NCBI GenBank assembly: GCA_951406725.2
Contig: OX597836.1
Coordinates: forward strand, 31,124,001 to 31,188,000
Length of the DNA: 64,000 bases
Reading direction: 5' to 3'
Origin: Octopus vulgaris
Lineage: Eukaryota
The notes under the pieces are model-generated. The model ran no database searches. It saw only the letters and a program-made list of their open reading frames with translations, and was not told where the DNA came from. The position numbers and the translations under genes are program-made. Of the stretch, positions 24,869 to 38,150 are shown piece by piece (the first letter of the stretch is position 1; each line of letters begins with the position of its first letter).

Positions 24869-25235
24869 TAGCAGTATCACCCGGCGTTGCTCGGGTTTGT
24901 TTCGATCCTTTAGAATGGGAATTTTTGAAAACTAAAAATTTTACATAATGTAGCTTGTTATTATTTAAGTGAACATTTTTCTGGTTAAAATACTCCGAAA
25001 AATAGCGACACAGCAGTCAAAAAATCGTAAAAATTAGGGATTTTCATAGAAAAAAAGCACCTTTTTGATGTAAATAATTTTTGGTGTTAACATGATCCGA
25101 TTTGAATTTTATCTTCTACGGAATGAAGAGCAAGCCTTCTATCATACTCTCAAATTTGGGTCTCGGAGGAGATAGTGTTAGCTGAAGGCTACCAAACCTG
25201 CCACACACAGACAACTTCAGCTTTATATATATAGA
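24868..25235 (-). mobile_element. Non-autonomous Helitron; truncated copy at 61171-61408
   Basis: Minus strand has 5' TC, 3' hairpin CCCGAGCAACGCCGGG followed by CTAG, and an A|T insertion site. Confidence 0.8.
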
Positions 25236-25238
25236 TAA

Positions 25239-25276
<38 letters not shown>

Positions 25277-26379
25277 GTACAGTATATGTACATTAAGTAT
25301 GAATTCAAATAGCTTATATATCAATGGAACAGCTTGCTCATGAGCACTCCAGGCATGTGTACCCCTTCACATATTTCTCAGGTAGATTCAGCATGACACA
25401 TAGTGTGACATGGCTGGCCCCTTGAAATACAGGTACTACTCATCTTTGCAAGCTGAGTGGACTGAGGTAAAAATGAAATAAAGTGTCTTTTTCAGGGACA
25501 CAACAAGCCACTGGGAATTGAACTCGTGACCCTATGATAGCAAGCTGAATACCCTAACCACTTAGTCACTAAAAGTACTCTGATTTGCTCAAAGCATTGC
25601 AATATGTGTAAATGAGATAAATGTTTGCAAAAACCTATTGGCAGCCTGTGTTGATAACAATGCATTTCACCAAACTGCTTGATTATGTTTCCCTTCTTCT
25701 ATTTGGAAAGGGGAATTTTTCCCCAAAATAGTATAGGGTCGTCAACATATGTGATGCAATATTTTTTCTCATATATAAATATGTATATATGTGCCGGTGA
25801 CATGTAAAAAGCACCCACTACATTCTCGGAGTGGTTGGCGTAAGGAAGGGCATCCAGCTGTAGAAACTCTGCCAGATCAGACTGGAGCCTGGTGCTGCCT
25901 CCTGACTTCCCAGACGCCAGTCGAACCGTCCAACCCATGCCAGCATGGAAAACGGACATTAAATGATGATGATGTATGTATGTATGTAGTTGTTGTTGTT
26001 GTTATTAAGCAACAAGACGGGTAAGGGTGATTAGGTGATTGTCTAGGGCTTAGGGGCAGGAGACCCCAGACCTTGGAAAAAAAATAACTTTGGTCATTTT
26101 GTTGTGGTTGAGGGCTCTTCGTTGACGCCCGACACTGCTGGGAGGTGGCCCTCGAAGTTGCTGGAAATGGAGATCTCTAGATCCAAATTCTTGAACGGCT
26201 GTATGTATGTATATGTGTACATTATATGTATGTATGTATGTATATGTATAAAAAATATATATAAAAATACAAAATGGGACAAGAACGCAAAACATTCAAA
26301 TAGGCGACACAAAAAATGGACGGGTCATTCGAAGCCTCTAATCTTCAGTCAAGAACCGGATCATCCTCGCAATTTCGGC

Positions 26380-26425
<46 letters not shown>

Positions 26426-26960
26426 AATTGAGGGTGAGATAATGAAGTGTTAAAGATGCATCAGTAGAGAGAGAGAGAGAGAGATAGAAAGAGATTAAAG
26501 TGATGGAAAAAGAGAGGCATAAAGTTCAAAAGCATGTGGGTATATATATAAGGAGTATAGTGTGAGGGAAGAGAAGTTATTGATAAATCAAAGTAGAAGA
26601 GGGGAAGTGTGAAAAGAAGACAGATATAGAGAATTAAATAGAGAGGTATATATATATATCAACTCTATGTCGACAATGAGATGAGACAGAATGGTAGCAA
26701 ATTACAAAAATAGTCCTGGAAGTGAACTGTAATCAGTGTCTCTTATCAAGTGTCCTACACTTGACTTGATAAATCAAACCAGTGGGAAAAAATATTTTTA
26801 TAAATAGTGCTACTAGTTTACTGTAGTATGATAAATTTACCTGATAACCATGTATTAGAAAAGACAAGTTTAGTAGAAGAGGATTATTATACTGGTTAAA
26901 AGCTAGAAAACTGCTATTTGTAAATCTCACAATGAGAGATATTCAGCAACAGTACTTTGG

Positions 26961-27175
26961 AGTAAAGATTATTTGCCAACGTAACATGGCAGCCCTGGTT
27001 TAGGACGAATATTGCTGTAATTTAGCCTCAGTAGACATTGTCTCCAGATGGCTATACAACGCGATCTGTATCCTTATATTTTTGAAAACATAAGGACAAT
27101 GTTCCTGGGGCTAAATTACAGTAACATTTGTCCTAAACCAGGACTGCCATTTTATGTTGGCAAATAATCTTTACT
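26961..27175. repeat. Inverted repeat (~80-bp arms)
   Basis: AGTAAAGATTATTTGCCAAC... pairs with ...GTTGGCAAATAATCTTTACT. Confidence 0.85.
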
Positions 27176-27540
27176 GGTTAAAAGTTGTTAGTTCATCCCT
27201 TTAGAATTTAAACCACTCACATCTGGTCCAAATGTTCTGTTTTACGTTTAAACTAACCAGATCTGACCTCAAACACACCCACAATGTAATTCTAAAAATA
27301 AAGATTTCCACCCTCGAAATCTTGAAACTATGAGATAATTCATGACTAATTCCACTCAATGTGAATAAATAAGCATTACATTTGATGGAGTAATCTGAAT
27401 GCTAAAGGTTAAGGGCAGTAAAGGATAGTGGGTTTGAAAGAGAATCTACCTGCTATTTTGAGCAACCATGGAAAGACACTCCTGTTTGCTTGATAACACT
27501 TGTTTACAAAGCAATTGAGGCAAACATAAAAATAGTCGTT

Positions 27541-27796
27541 ACGTTTATATATTTGTTTTGCAAGATTCTTGATGTGAAATCGTGTGTTGAGACAGATATT
27601 GTTGTATTTGGGGATGGTCATGTTGCCAGTTTAACCAATAAAAACACACGCACTATATATTTGACGTTAATTTGCTTCAGTCTTATTTTATTTTAATGTA
27701 AAAAATAAAATGAAACTGAAACAAATTAACAGCAAATATATAGTGCGTGTGTTTTTACTGGCTAAACTGGCAACATGACCATCCCCAAATACAACA
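27541..27796. mobile_element. Palindromic insertion flanked by a 15-bp direct repeat
   Basis: ATAAAAATAGTCGTT at 27526-27540 and 27797-27811, with ~100-bp arms. Confidence 0.75.
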
Positions 27797-28715
27797 ATAA
27801 AAATAGTCGTTTTAGCCTAATTTTAGGGTGCTGATTTCAGATACAAAACTACTTTTCACTCATCACCTCTGGTTTTTGAGATAAATATTACTATCATTGG
27901 GTTTAAGTGACAAAAGCTTGTGCAACATATGCCACTCCCTCAATCTGCATTGCAAGTTATAGTGATAAGCATTGCAAGATGACGGATGCTATTTTGACTG
28001 CAAGTTTCATTTCAGAGTATGTTTCCTAAAAGAGCTACCCTTCCCACGGTTTTGTCAATAAATAATGGGAGTTTTCTCTGCCATATACACATACGGTTTT
28101 GTTATCTTCAGCACTGATTGTGTCCTTGTCTTTCTGTCTCTGCTTCTCTTTGTTTACACGTTGCGTTCATCTTTTCTGGCTGACTTCCAAGAGATGAGGA
28201 GAGGAGATATTGTAAAAGCTACTAAATCTATTTATATTACCGATTAAACAAAACTGCATTGAAACGTTCTGTTCCCATATCAATAAGTAGCAATAAGTCT
28301 TAGTAAAAACATACACATACAACACGGATTTAACTAGCACGCACATATAGAGAGACCTATGCATACAGACATGAACATGTACACACAGAGTTACAGACCT
28401 ATGCATAAACAACGGCACACCCATATGCATAGGCAAACATGCAAACTTAGGTGCATACCAGTAACTCCTCACACTAACCACATATTCACAAATGCGTCCA
28501 ATCACATTTATTTGTTTGGAATGGGGTGAGTAATGACTTAGTCGTAGGCAAAAGAGAAGCATTTAAGAACATTTTCAGAGCCTCCAAAACTGATGGAATG
28601 TGGAGAGGAAGTTATCCTAAGACAGGAGCCCCTCGATGTTGGCAGAGAGTGGACCTTGCAAAAGGGTTACCAAAGACCCAATGGGTGTGTTAAACTGTGC
28701 AAGGAATTAAGTCTA

Positions 28716-28785
28716 GACACACACACACATGCACACACACACACACATACACATAAACACTCTCACATAAATATAGATGCATACA

Positions 28786-28828
<43 letters not shown>

Positions 28829-29082
28829 ACAGACACATACACACACACAACACACACATGCATAACACACACACATACACACACACAACACACACATGCA
28901 CATACATGCACACACAGCACACATGCATAACGCACACACATACAGACAATAGACACATGTACACACACACACACAGAAACACTCTCACATAAACACAGAT
29001 GCATACACAAACACACCCCCACTCACACATACACACACACACACACCCTTGCACACGCATACACATACACACACACACACAC
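28716..29082. repeat. (CA)-rich low-complexity tract
   Basis: Read directly from the sequence. Confidence 0.95.
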
Positions 29083-29928
29083 CACTTGTAATTCCTTTTA
29101 TCTTCAGTTATTCTATTCCAAATCCTTGCCACTTGTCATCCACCCTGATTACATTTATAAACTGCAGATCATTCAAACCCATTTCTCTTCTCCACCCTAA
29201 GCATATATTAACACCAGCGACTGAAGGGGCTTTTATGTGATCATGCCAACTGCTAGAAATAACAACTGAATCTTCTTCCAGTTACACTACACCATCATAA
29301 AAATAGATGGACATATTTGTTACCAATATAAACTGTGTTGTATTGGTGTTATCCTTGTTTAGCCCTGAGTCACTCCTGACTGAGAAGACCTATGATCAAA
29401 GATATTCCATCCATGGCTATTCCATCTTGTTTCTATACTTCATGTGCTTAGGACTTCATTATCAAATGTATCTTTTCTTCATTTATGGTTGCAGAGTGAG
29501 ATATTGGAGAGATTTGGTTGCTATTTCTAGCTGGTCAGAGATCTATATAGAGGTTTCTTCATTGGCCTGGTGATTTGATGTTAGTCAACATGACTTAGCA
29601 GTTCAGCAAGAGCAACTGATAGAATAAGTACTGGGCTTACAAAGAATAAGTCCTGGGGTCGATTTGCTCGACTAAAGGCGGTGCTCCAGCATGGCCGCAG
29701 TCAAATGACTGAAACAAAATAAAAGAAAAAAAAAGAAAAAGATGAACGTGGTAGCTGTACTAGCAAGTAATGTTTGTTGCCTCTTCAACATGGCTGTTCC
29801 ATTCAAACAGACGTTACTGCAATTTTTTAACCCCGAGAGGACATTTCCTCTGGTAGGTTAACGATGCAACCTGCAACTAATATATTGCAAGCAGGGGAGC
29901 GAACCCCTGCCACCTTCTAGCGACAAGA

Positions 29929-29978
29929 CCAGTTGACCAGTTGGTTTCGGGTTATTTTCTGCCCATCTTCAGTACTGG
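29929..29978 (-). ncRNA. Type I hammerhead ribozyme motif (GUC site)
   Basis: Minus strand reads CCAGUA-CUGAAGA-U-GGG..CCC-GAAA-CCAACUGG-UC-AACUGG. Core intact and stems I, II and III can all pair. Confidence 0.8.
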
Positions 29979-31234
29979 ACACTTTGCCTGCTAGAGATGG
30001 CAGTAGCTCGCTTCTGTTCGTAATATATATTTAAATTCAAGCAACATTTGGTTGCTGATCTTGCAGTAATACTTATGACAATGCAATAACATAAGATAAA
30101 GCAGCATTCATAATAATGTAATATCATGTCACGTGACCAACCAGGCTATCAGATGTTGCTGGTCACAATGCGTTTCGCATTGTTTTAGCCATCAAATGAT
30201 GCCACCCCTCTGACTAAACGACCAGGCCAACAGAACAAATAGTGAGAGAAAGTTGCGGCAAAGGAGTACAGCAGGGATCGCCACTACTCCCTGCCAGATC
30301 CAATAAACACTCACAACGCCTGGTCTGGGAATTGAAACCGCGATCCAACGACCACGAGTCCGCTGCCCTAACCACTAGGCCATTGCGCCTCCACTAACAA
30401 TGTAATAAGATCCTTGAAATCAATGCCAAATCTCACAAATGACTTAGTTACTAGAATTAATTATCAATACTTTATGCATAAATAGATTGACTTCATACTA
30501 AATGTCTACCAGACTTAGCTGATTAATGAATGTACAAGATATTCTAGTAAACAGACTCTTGTGACAAATCGTTGAAATGTTTACTAGTCTTTCGTAATAG
30601 CTGTCTTTAGTATTGGCAAACATCTTCAAAATGTCCTTATAAATGTCAAAACCAGCTGTGCAGAATAGCTAAGATGCCAAGGATGTGATTTTCCACAGAA
30701 CTAACCTACGCCTTAATTCGCTGTGAAAATTGTTGCTTTTTGTGTCTTGCTTGAATGGATGCCAAAGGATTATCATTTAAATCCTCATCCTCTCAAGTTT
30801 CATTTTTCAAAGTACTGATAGCTGCAAAAAAAGTTGGCAAGAGAAAAGCAATTATTACCATTAGATAAACATTCATGATTTTTTGAATTAATAGCTCCGA
30901 GGCCATGATTTGCCATTGTCAGTAATTGTGGATAAATAATATCATTAGCAATTCTGGAAATAAAAGAATCATTTCCTGACTCTTTTTCATGCCATCTGCT
31001 AGTTTTTTTGGAATTATAGTCTTTTACTTGATGTTTTAGCCCTACAAGTGAACTTATCTCTGATTCTTAAACTCAATCATGTTGCTGGGTTTTTTTGTCA
31101 GAAGATAAAAAGCAGTGAGTATATTACAAGATTATCAAAAATATTTTTTCAAAGCTTGACAGCTTTGAATGCTATGAAAGTTCTCATAAAACAAATAATT
31201 TATTCACAAGTTCAATCTTATTATTAGACCAGGT

Positions 31235-31631
31235 CAAGGCGGTGAGCTGGCAGAACCGTTAGCATGCCAGGCAAAATGCCTAGTGGTATTTCGTCTACCG
31301 TTACATTCTGAGTTCAAATTCCGCCGAGGTCGACTTTGCCTTTCATCCTTTCAGGTTGATTAAATAAGTACCAGTTACACACTGGGGTCGATATAATCGA
31401 CTTAATCCGTTTGTCTGTCCTTGTTTGCCCTCTCTGCGTTTAGCCCCTTGTGGGTAGTAAAGAAAATAGGTATTTCGTCCACCACTACGCTCTGAGTTCA
31501 AATTCCACTGAGGATGACTTTCCCTTTCATCCTTCTGGGGTTGATTAAATAAGTACCAGTTACAAACTGGGGTCGATGTAATCATCTTAATCCCATCCTC
31601 CAAGCTGCCCTTGTGGCAAAAATTTGAAATC
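31235..31631 (+). mobile_element. Dimeric SINE-A with 15-bp TSD
   Basis: ATTATTAGACCAGGT at 31220-31234 and 31632-31646. Confidence 0.85.
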
Positions 31632-32104
31632 ATTATTAGACCAGGTTACAGTTTGTGCGATGAAGATTTTGACACCAAATAAATAATAAATGTTTAAGGG
31701 TATTCAACAGTCTTTGTACATTTTTGAATGACAAACGTGTCTTCCATGAAGCAATCATTTCAATTTAATAGCATAACTGAAACAGCTGTTATAGTTTCTT
31801 GTGTAAGAAATCCAAATTCTTAGCCATAATGAATCAGGAAATTACTGAAGTATATTAATACTCAGGTAGAAAATCAATAGTATTAATATTCAGGTAGAAA
31901 CCATTACCATCTCTTGGATCACTGCTCATTGTTCTTCTTTGGTGCACATCTGTAAAGCCATAAGAAAAAATGGCATGATCAGGCTAAAACTTAGATCACA
32001 TAACCACAATAGTACCAGCTATAAGCATGTATGCGCCGGAGGCAGTGTGACAATAATAAAGATATGTTATGGCAAATGTGCACATAATTTTTGACTTCTC
32101 CTTG

Positions 32105-32641
32105 TATATCAATCGTCTGGAAGCTGTTCAGCGACGTGCAACCAAAAGAATACCCTCCATCAGGCATTTGCCATATCCTGAACGCCTTACTTCCCTGGGC
32201 ATGGACACATTGAAACTCCGACGTCTGGCAGCTGACTTGGCAGACACCCATAAAGTTATTAACCATCTTACAAACAATAACTCTGAGCACCTTTTCAAAC
32301 TCCACCCATCTAACACCCGTGGACATATTTACAAAGTCAGAAAACAGCACAGCTCCCATGACTTCAGGAAACATTTTTTCACGCTGAGAGTTGCTGAAGC
32401 ATGGAACAAACTGCCGGCATCAGTTGTTAGTTGTCGGAGCACTGCATCCTTCAAAACTTCCATGCTTTCTGAGATTCGCCAACACTACACCTGATTTTCT
32501 CCCCTCCATACACACACAAGCATGTATCTGACTCATGCATTGTTTGCTTTCCAGACATTTCTACATTACTGCATATACTCTGACAAGTTGTGGTGCACCT
32601 GAGCACTGTATGCAATAATTTCATTATTATTATTATTATTA
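32105..32641 (+). mobile_element. CR1-clade LINE 3' end with (ATT)n tail; second copy at 49680-50122 (-)
   Basis: LEAVQRRATK..YPERL..RKHFFTLRVAEAWNKLP. Confidence 0.9.
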
Positions 32642-33853
32642 TAAAGGGCTCACTCTTGTTTGTGTGCACTATTTATATTTGTAGACTCAATGTTAGGTAC
32701 AGCAATAGGATTAAAAAGTTTAAAACACTTATACAGGAAGGATGAAAGGTAAAGTTGACCTCAGCAGGATTTGAACTCAGAACATGAAGAGCTGGAGGAA
32801 TTATTAGTAATATATCAAGTATATTTGAATAGCTTAGTGATGACATTGTTCTGTGAGTCAGGATGAAGTGCCTGCTTGTTCCACCACAGAAAATTGTGAA
32901 GTGTTATGAACTGACATTTTGCTTCTGATTTGCTCTCATGAGAAAACTTACAAATGTTTGGTAAATATCTTGTAATGAATATAAGAAGCAAATGAATATT
33001 AATATAATACCAGACCTGTTATCTGGCTTCCAGAAATCTGGTATTTCCAGGAATCTGGGAATTCTATGCAAAACTGTGCAATATACTGCACCTCAACTTT
33101 GTAAGCAGACCCTGATTTTGAAGTTAATTTGCATATGATATACAAAAAACAATTTTGTTCTTTACTTTCTTTAAGTATACTGATAAAGATTAAACATGCA
33201 CAGTTTTAGTATTGTATCAATTTATGCTTGTAATTGTTAAATAAAATTATGTTCTTTACTTTTCTTCATTTAATTTTCATCCTTTAACCCTTTAGTGTTC
33301 AGATTATTCAATCAAACATAATGCTTATTGATTCCCATTGATTTGAATTAATCATGCATTTTCTCATATCTTCACAATCTTGATGGTGTAATTACTTAAT
33401 GTAGAATAACATTGTAGGGTAGGTGTGAGAGCCTGGATCTGGTCAGTTTGAACATAAAACAGATTAAATATTTTGGCCGGATATGGCCGGTTTAAATACT
33501 AAAGGGTTAAACATTATACATGGTGCAGTATGATGTATTTTAAGAACTTTAAATAGATTAATAAATATCAAACAGACCCTGCTTTAGAAGTGTATTAATT
33601 TGAATCTGTTAAGTACCATTTAGTTCCTTACTTTCCATATTCTTTTATTCTTTTATTTGTTTCAGTCATTTGACTGTGGCCATGCAGGAGCGCCGCCTTT
33701 AGTTGAGCAAATTGACCCCAGGACTTTTTCTTTGTAAGCCTAGTACTTATTCCATTGGTCTCTCTTGCTGAACCACTAATTTACGGGGATGTAAACTCAC
33801 CAGCATCGGTTGTCAAGTGATGTTGGGGGGACAAAACACAGACACACAAACAT

Positions 33854-33903
<50 letters not shown>

Positions 33904-34225
33904 GACGGGCTTCTTTCAGTTTCCGTCTGTCAAATCCACTCACAAGGCTTTGGTCAGCCCGAGGCTATAGTAGAAGACACTTGCCCAAGGTGCCACACAG
34001 TGGGATTGAACCTGGAACCATGTGGTTGGTAAGCAGGCTACTTACCACACAGTCACTCCTTTATTTTTTTTATTTTAAGTATATATTTCAGCTGTCTCCT
34101 GAAAACTGCAAAATCCAGAATCTGAGACACTTCTGGTCCCAAGTTTGACAGATAAGCATTTTGGTACAGTACCAGAGCAAAGACTGGTGATAAGTTGTTC
34201 TGTTTCTTTCTTCATTCAGAAAGTA

Positions 34226-34780
34226 CAAGGGGAAGTCCAAAATTATCTGCATTTTCACTATAAGATATCTTCATTATTGTCATACTACCTTCTGTGCATG
34301 CATGCTTATAGTTGGTATTATTGGGGTCACATGGTCGAAGTTTGAGCCTGACTGTGCCATTTTTCTTTCTGGCTTTACAGTGTAAGCATGGCCACTCTAC
34401 CAGCAATGTGCACCAAAGAAGAACAAAGATCAGTGATCCAATTTCTCTGGTCAGAAGGCGTGTCACGTGCTGAAATTCACTGGAGGCTTTTAGCACAATA
34501 CAGGGACAGTGCACTACTGTGTAGAAGTGTGTAAGAGTGGATTAAGAAGTTTAAGAGTGGCCGGACAAGTGTGATGCACGGAGAGGGAGTAGGACATCCA
34601 TCCACTTCCACCACTGATGAGAAGATTCAGCAAGCTCGACAGCTGGTGCTAGTGAACTGGTTCACCATTACCATCTCTTGAATCACTGCTCTTTGTTCTT
34701 CTTTGGTGCACATCTGTAAAGCCAGAAAAATAAAATGGCATGATTAGGCTAAAACTTAGATCACATGACCACAATAGAAC
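34226..34780 (+). mobile_element. Mariner relic (5' end plus transposase N-terminus) with an inverted partial copy; related inverted segment at 31898-32104
   Basis: TA|CAAGGGG.. and MATLPAMCTKEEQRSVIQFLWSEG..AEIH..EWIKKFKSGRTSV. Confidence 0.82.
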
Positions 34781-35552
34781 TTTAAATGGATTAATAGACA
34801 TCAAACAGACCCTGCTTTAGAAGTGTATTAATTTGAATCTATTAAGTACCATTTAGTTCCTTACTTTCCATATTCTTTTATTCTTTTATTTGTTTCAGTC
34901 ATTTGACTGTGGCCATGCTGGAGCACCACCTTTAGTTGAGAAAATCGACCCCAGGACTTATTCTTTGTAAGCCTAGTACTTATTCTATCGGTCACCCTTG
35001 CTGAACCGCTAATTAAAGAGCATGTATGCTCGATGGTTGAGGACCCCTGCTACAAAGGATCATAAGCTCTACCTTTCCCCCAGATTAAGCAACAAAAATA
35101 ATGCATCCATCAACATATCCAACACCATAAGTTTTACGAATGCTGCATTTTTAAACTTTAGATAAGGCATTCTACAGGGAAATCTGTTTGGCTCTACTGC
35201 TGTGTTGCTCTTTGTCAGCCTTTGATTAAGAATAACTATGATCAAAAGTGTTCCATTTCTGACCATTCCATCAATTTCTTTTATCCAATGGGGCACCGAC
35301 ACAAGTGAAATCATCAAATAATTTGCAAGACAAAAACCTTCATCAATTGAGGAGTCTTTTCTTGTGAGTTACTTGGTGACCTCACATGTAAAAAGAATGC
35401 AGTACGCTCTGTGAGGTGGTTGGCATCAGGAAAAGCATCCAGCTATAGAAACCTTGCCAAAAACAGACATTGGAGCGTGGCACATTCCTCTAGCTTGCTG
35501 GCTCCTGTTAAACCAGCCAACCCATGCCAGCATGGAAAAACAGGTGTTAAAT

Positions 35553-35668
35553 GACAACAACAACAACGACGATGATGATGATGATGATGATGACGATGAT
35601 GATGGTGGTGGTGGTGGTGGTGGTGGTGGTGGTAGTGGTGGTGGTGATGATGATGATGGTGGTGGTGG

Positions 35669-35699
<31 letters not shown>

Positions 35700-35770
35700 G
35701 GTGGTGGTGGTGGTGGTGGTGGTGGTGGTGGTGGTGGTGATGATGATGGTGGTGGTGGTGGTGGTGGTGG

Positions 35771-35802
<32 letters not shown>

Positions 35803-35806
35803 ATGG

Positions 35807-35840
<34 letters not shown>

Positions 35841-35917
35841 GGTGGTGATGTTGATGATGATGGTGGTGGTGGTGGTGGTGGTGGTGGTGGTGGTGGTGGT
35901 GGTGGTGATGATGATGA
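35553..35917. repeat. (GAT)n/(GGT)n compound microsatellite expanded from a LINE tail
   Basis: Read directly from the sequence. Confidence 0.97.
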
Positions 35918-36863
35918 TACTTTTTTTTAAGAAAACAGGATGTGATTTAAGTGAGATTTGGCTGCCATTTCTTGTTTGGAGCACATATGTAGAGTTTCCA
36001 TTATTAGCTCAGCTATAGGGGTGGGTGGGGGAACCACAACAAGATTATGGATTTCTAAATGTAATCAGGGTGGAAGACAAACATAAATAGGTATCTGAAG
36101 ATAAAAAGGTATTATCAATAGAACTGTGTATGTATGAGTGTGTGTGTGTGCGTGTGTGTGTATTTATATATATATATGAATACATACATTCATACATATA
36201 TGTGTATGTGTTTGTGCATGTATGTGTATGTGTGTGTGTTTGTGTATACATGTATACATGTATATGTGTATAAATACATTTATGTGTATGAATGCATGTG
36301 TGCACGTGCATGTGTGCAGTGTGTGTGTGTGTATGTGTGTGAACAAGTATTGGTATTTATTTGTCTATCTCTGTATGTCTATGTGCTCATGTCTATCAGA
36401 GTATGTGTGCGTGTATGTCTTACAAGTGTGAGAGTCTTACTCAAATCTGTTTCCATTTACTGATAATAAACAGAGCGATGCAAAGTAAGTTTGGGTTTTA
36501 ATCAGTGACATAAATAGATTCCTAACCCTTACCCCTTTTCCTCCTCCTCCTCCTCCTCCTTTAAAGGTCAACTGAAAAGTTCAGAGCAGTATATATAACT
36601 GTATACACAAGGTCAAAGTCAATACTGAAGATGAGAGGAACAGGACTAGCCTATCCTTTACTTGTGGGCTAATACAGTAGTTTTCAAAACTAATAAATGC
36701 CAGTCCCTGCCTCCCAAAATATTAGTGGAATATCCTCTGCCCCTCTTTTTTTAATAGAAACACAAAAGCAGAGTTTGTGTATGTGTATGTGAGCGTGTGT
36801 GTATATATGTGTGTATGTCTGTGTGTGTGTATGCTTGTATATATGTATATATGTATGTATGTA

Positions 36864-37110
36864 ATGGAATGGAGATGGATCGGACCCACACTGCAGAAAG
36901 AACCCTCAAATGTGACACGAGAAGCACTTGACTGGAACCCTAAGGGGAAAAGGAAGCGAGGACGCCTGAAGCAGACATGGAAGCGGAGTATTTTGGATGA
37001 GCTCAGGACCACCGGCCTGACATGGGAAGCAGCCAAGAAACACGCCAATGACCGCAAAAAGTGGAAAACAACTGTTGAGACCCACAAGGGGCAAAAAGGA
37101 TTAAGAAGAT
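36864..37110 (+). mobile_element. RTE-type LINE 3' fragment
   Basis: WRWIGPTL..ALDWNPKGKRKRGRLKQTWKRS. Confidence 0.85.
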
Positions 37111-37914
37111 GTATGTATGAATGAATGTCTGTGTGAGTGAGTATGAGAATGTGTGTATGTGTGTGATGTATGTATGTATATGCATATATGTCAAAACAAA
37201 GACTAGGAGTGTCTCACCCCAGCCATTGACTCTACTGAGTTCATCTACCCTTTCATAGATTTTGTTCATTTTTTTTTCTTTTTGTCCTGCAGGGTTTTGC
37301 AACGTAAACCATTCTCCTTATCAAGCAGGTTTGGTAGAGTTTCTGGTTCAACTGCTGGTAGCCGAACCAAGCAGCAGATTGTATAGGATCATACATTACC
37401 TGAAGTGACAAGAGTGACCCAATATGTGTCTCTAGTGGGACTGAAAAGTCGTATCTGTGTCACTTGTGCTTTAGAGAATAATTGAACAATGCTTGAAATC
37501 AATCAAGTCGCTGCCCTCATATATATATATTTCGTCTGTCGTTACATTCCGAGTTCAAATTCCGCCGAGTCAACTTTGCCTTTCATCCTTTCGGGGTCGA
37601 TAAATTAAGTACCAGTTATGAACTGGGGTCGATGTAATCAACTTAATCCCTTTGTCTGTCCTTGTTTGTCCCCTCTGTGTTTAGCCCCTTGTGGGTAGTA
37701 AAGAAATATATATATTCATATATATATACACTTAACTGCAAAGGAAATGTGAGACGTGTGTGACTGTGAAATATGTTTTAATTTCATTATGTCAGAGATA
37801 AATTTTGATAAATCTGATAAAGGACAGACAAACGGATGTACTCTAGGATGTACTTTGATCACAATCTATAGGTCATTGACATGTGTTCTGGTAGTCGGCG
37901 AATCCAACATGTCA

Positions 37915-38150
37915 AGATTGTAGGGCATGACATATAACACCACCACCCACACCAATGCTTTTCATGTGGCACCCACACCTTAGTTTTAGGATCTCAATTC
38001 TGTTGTGGTGGGCAGGTCTTCTCAAGTACAGCAATGTACCCATTGTCATCTCCTTCATAAGGTCCAGTGTTTTGAGAGTGGCTTTTAAAACTGCATCCCA
38101 TGTCTTCCTGGGTTTCCTTCTTCCACAACCACCTTGATAATTGAAATTTT
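37915..38150 (-). mobile_element. RTE LINE 3' fragment
   Basis: GCGRRKPRKTWDAVLK. Confidence 0.7.

Noticed and set aside
26290-26382. Minus-strand GAAA...CTGAAGA as a permuted hammerhead
   Set aside because: Could not build the required stems.
34614-34620. CTGATGA as a hammerhead core
   Set aside because: Part of mariner coding sequence (TDEK), with no stem II or GAAA.
35069-35317. Minus-strand ORF or exon candidate
   Set aside because: No recognisable homology and no linked exons.
37250-37410. Exon-like splice signals on both strands
   Set aside because: Frames close quickly and the peptides are unrecognised.
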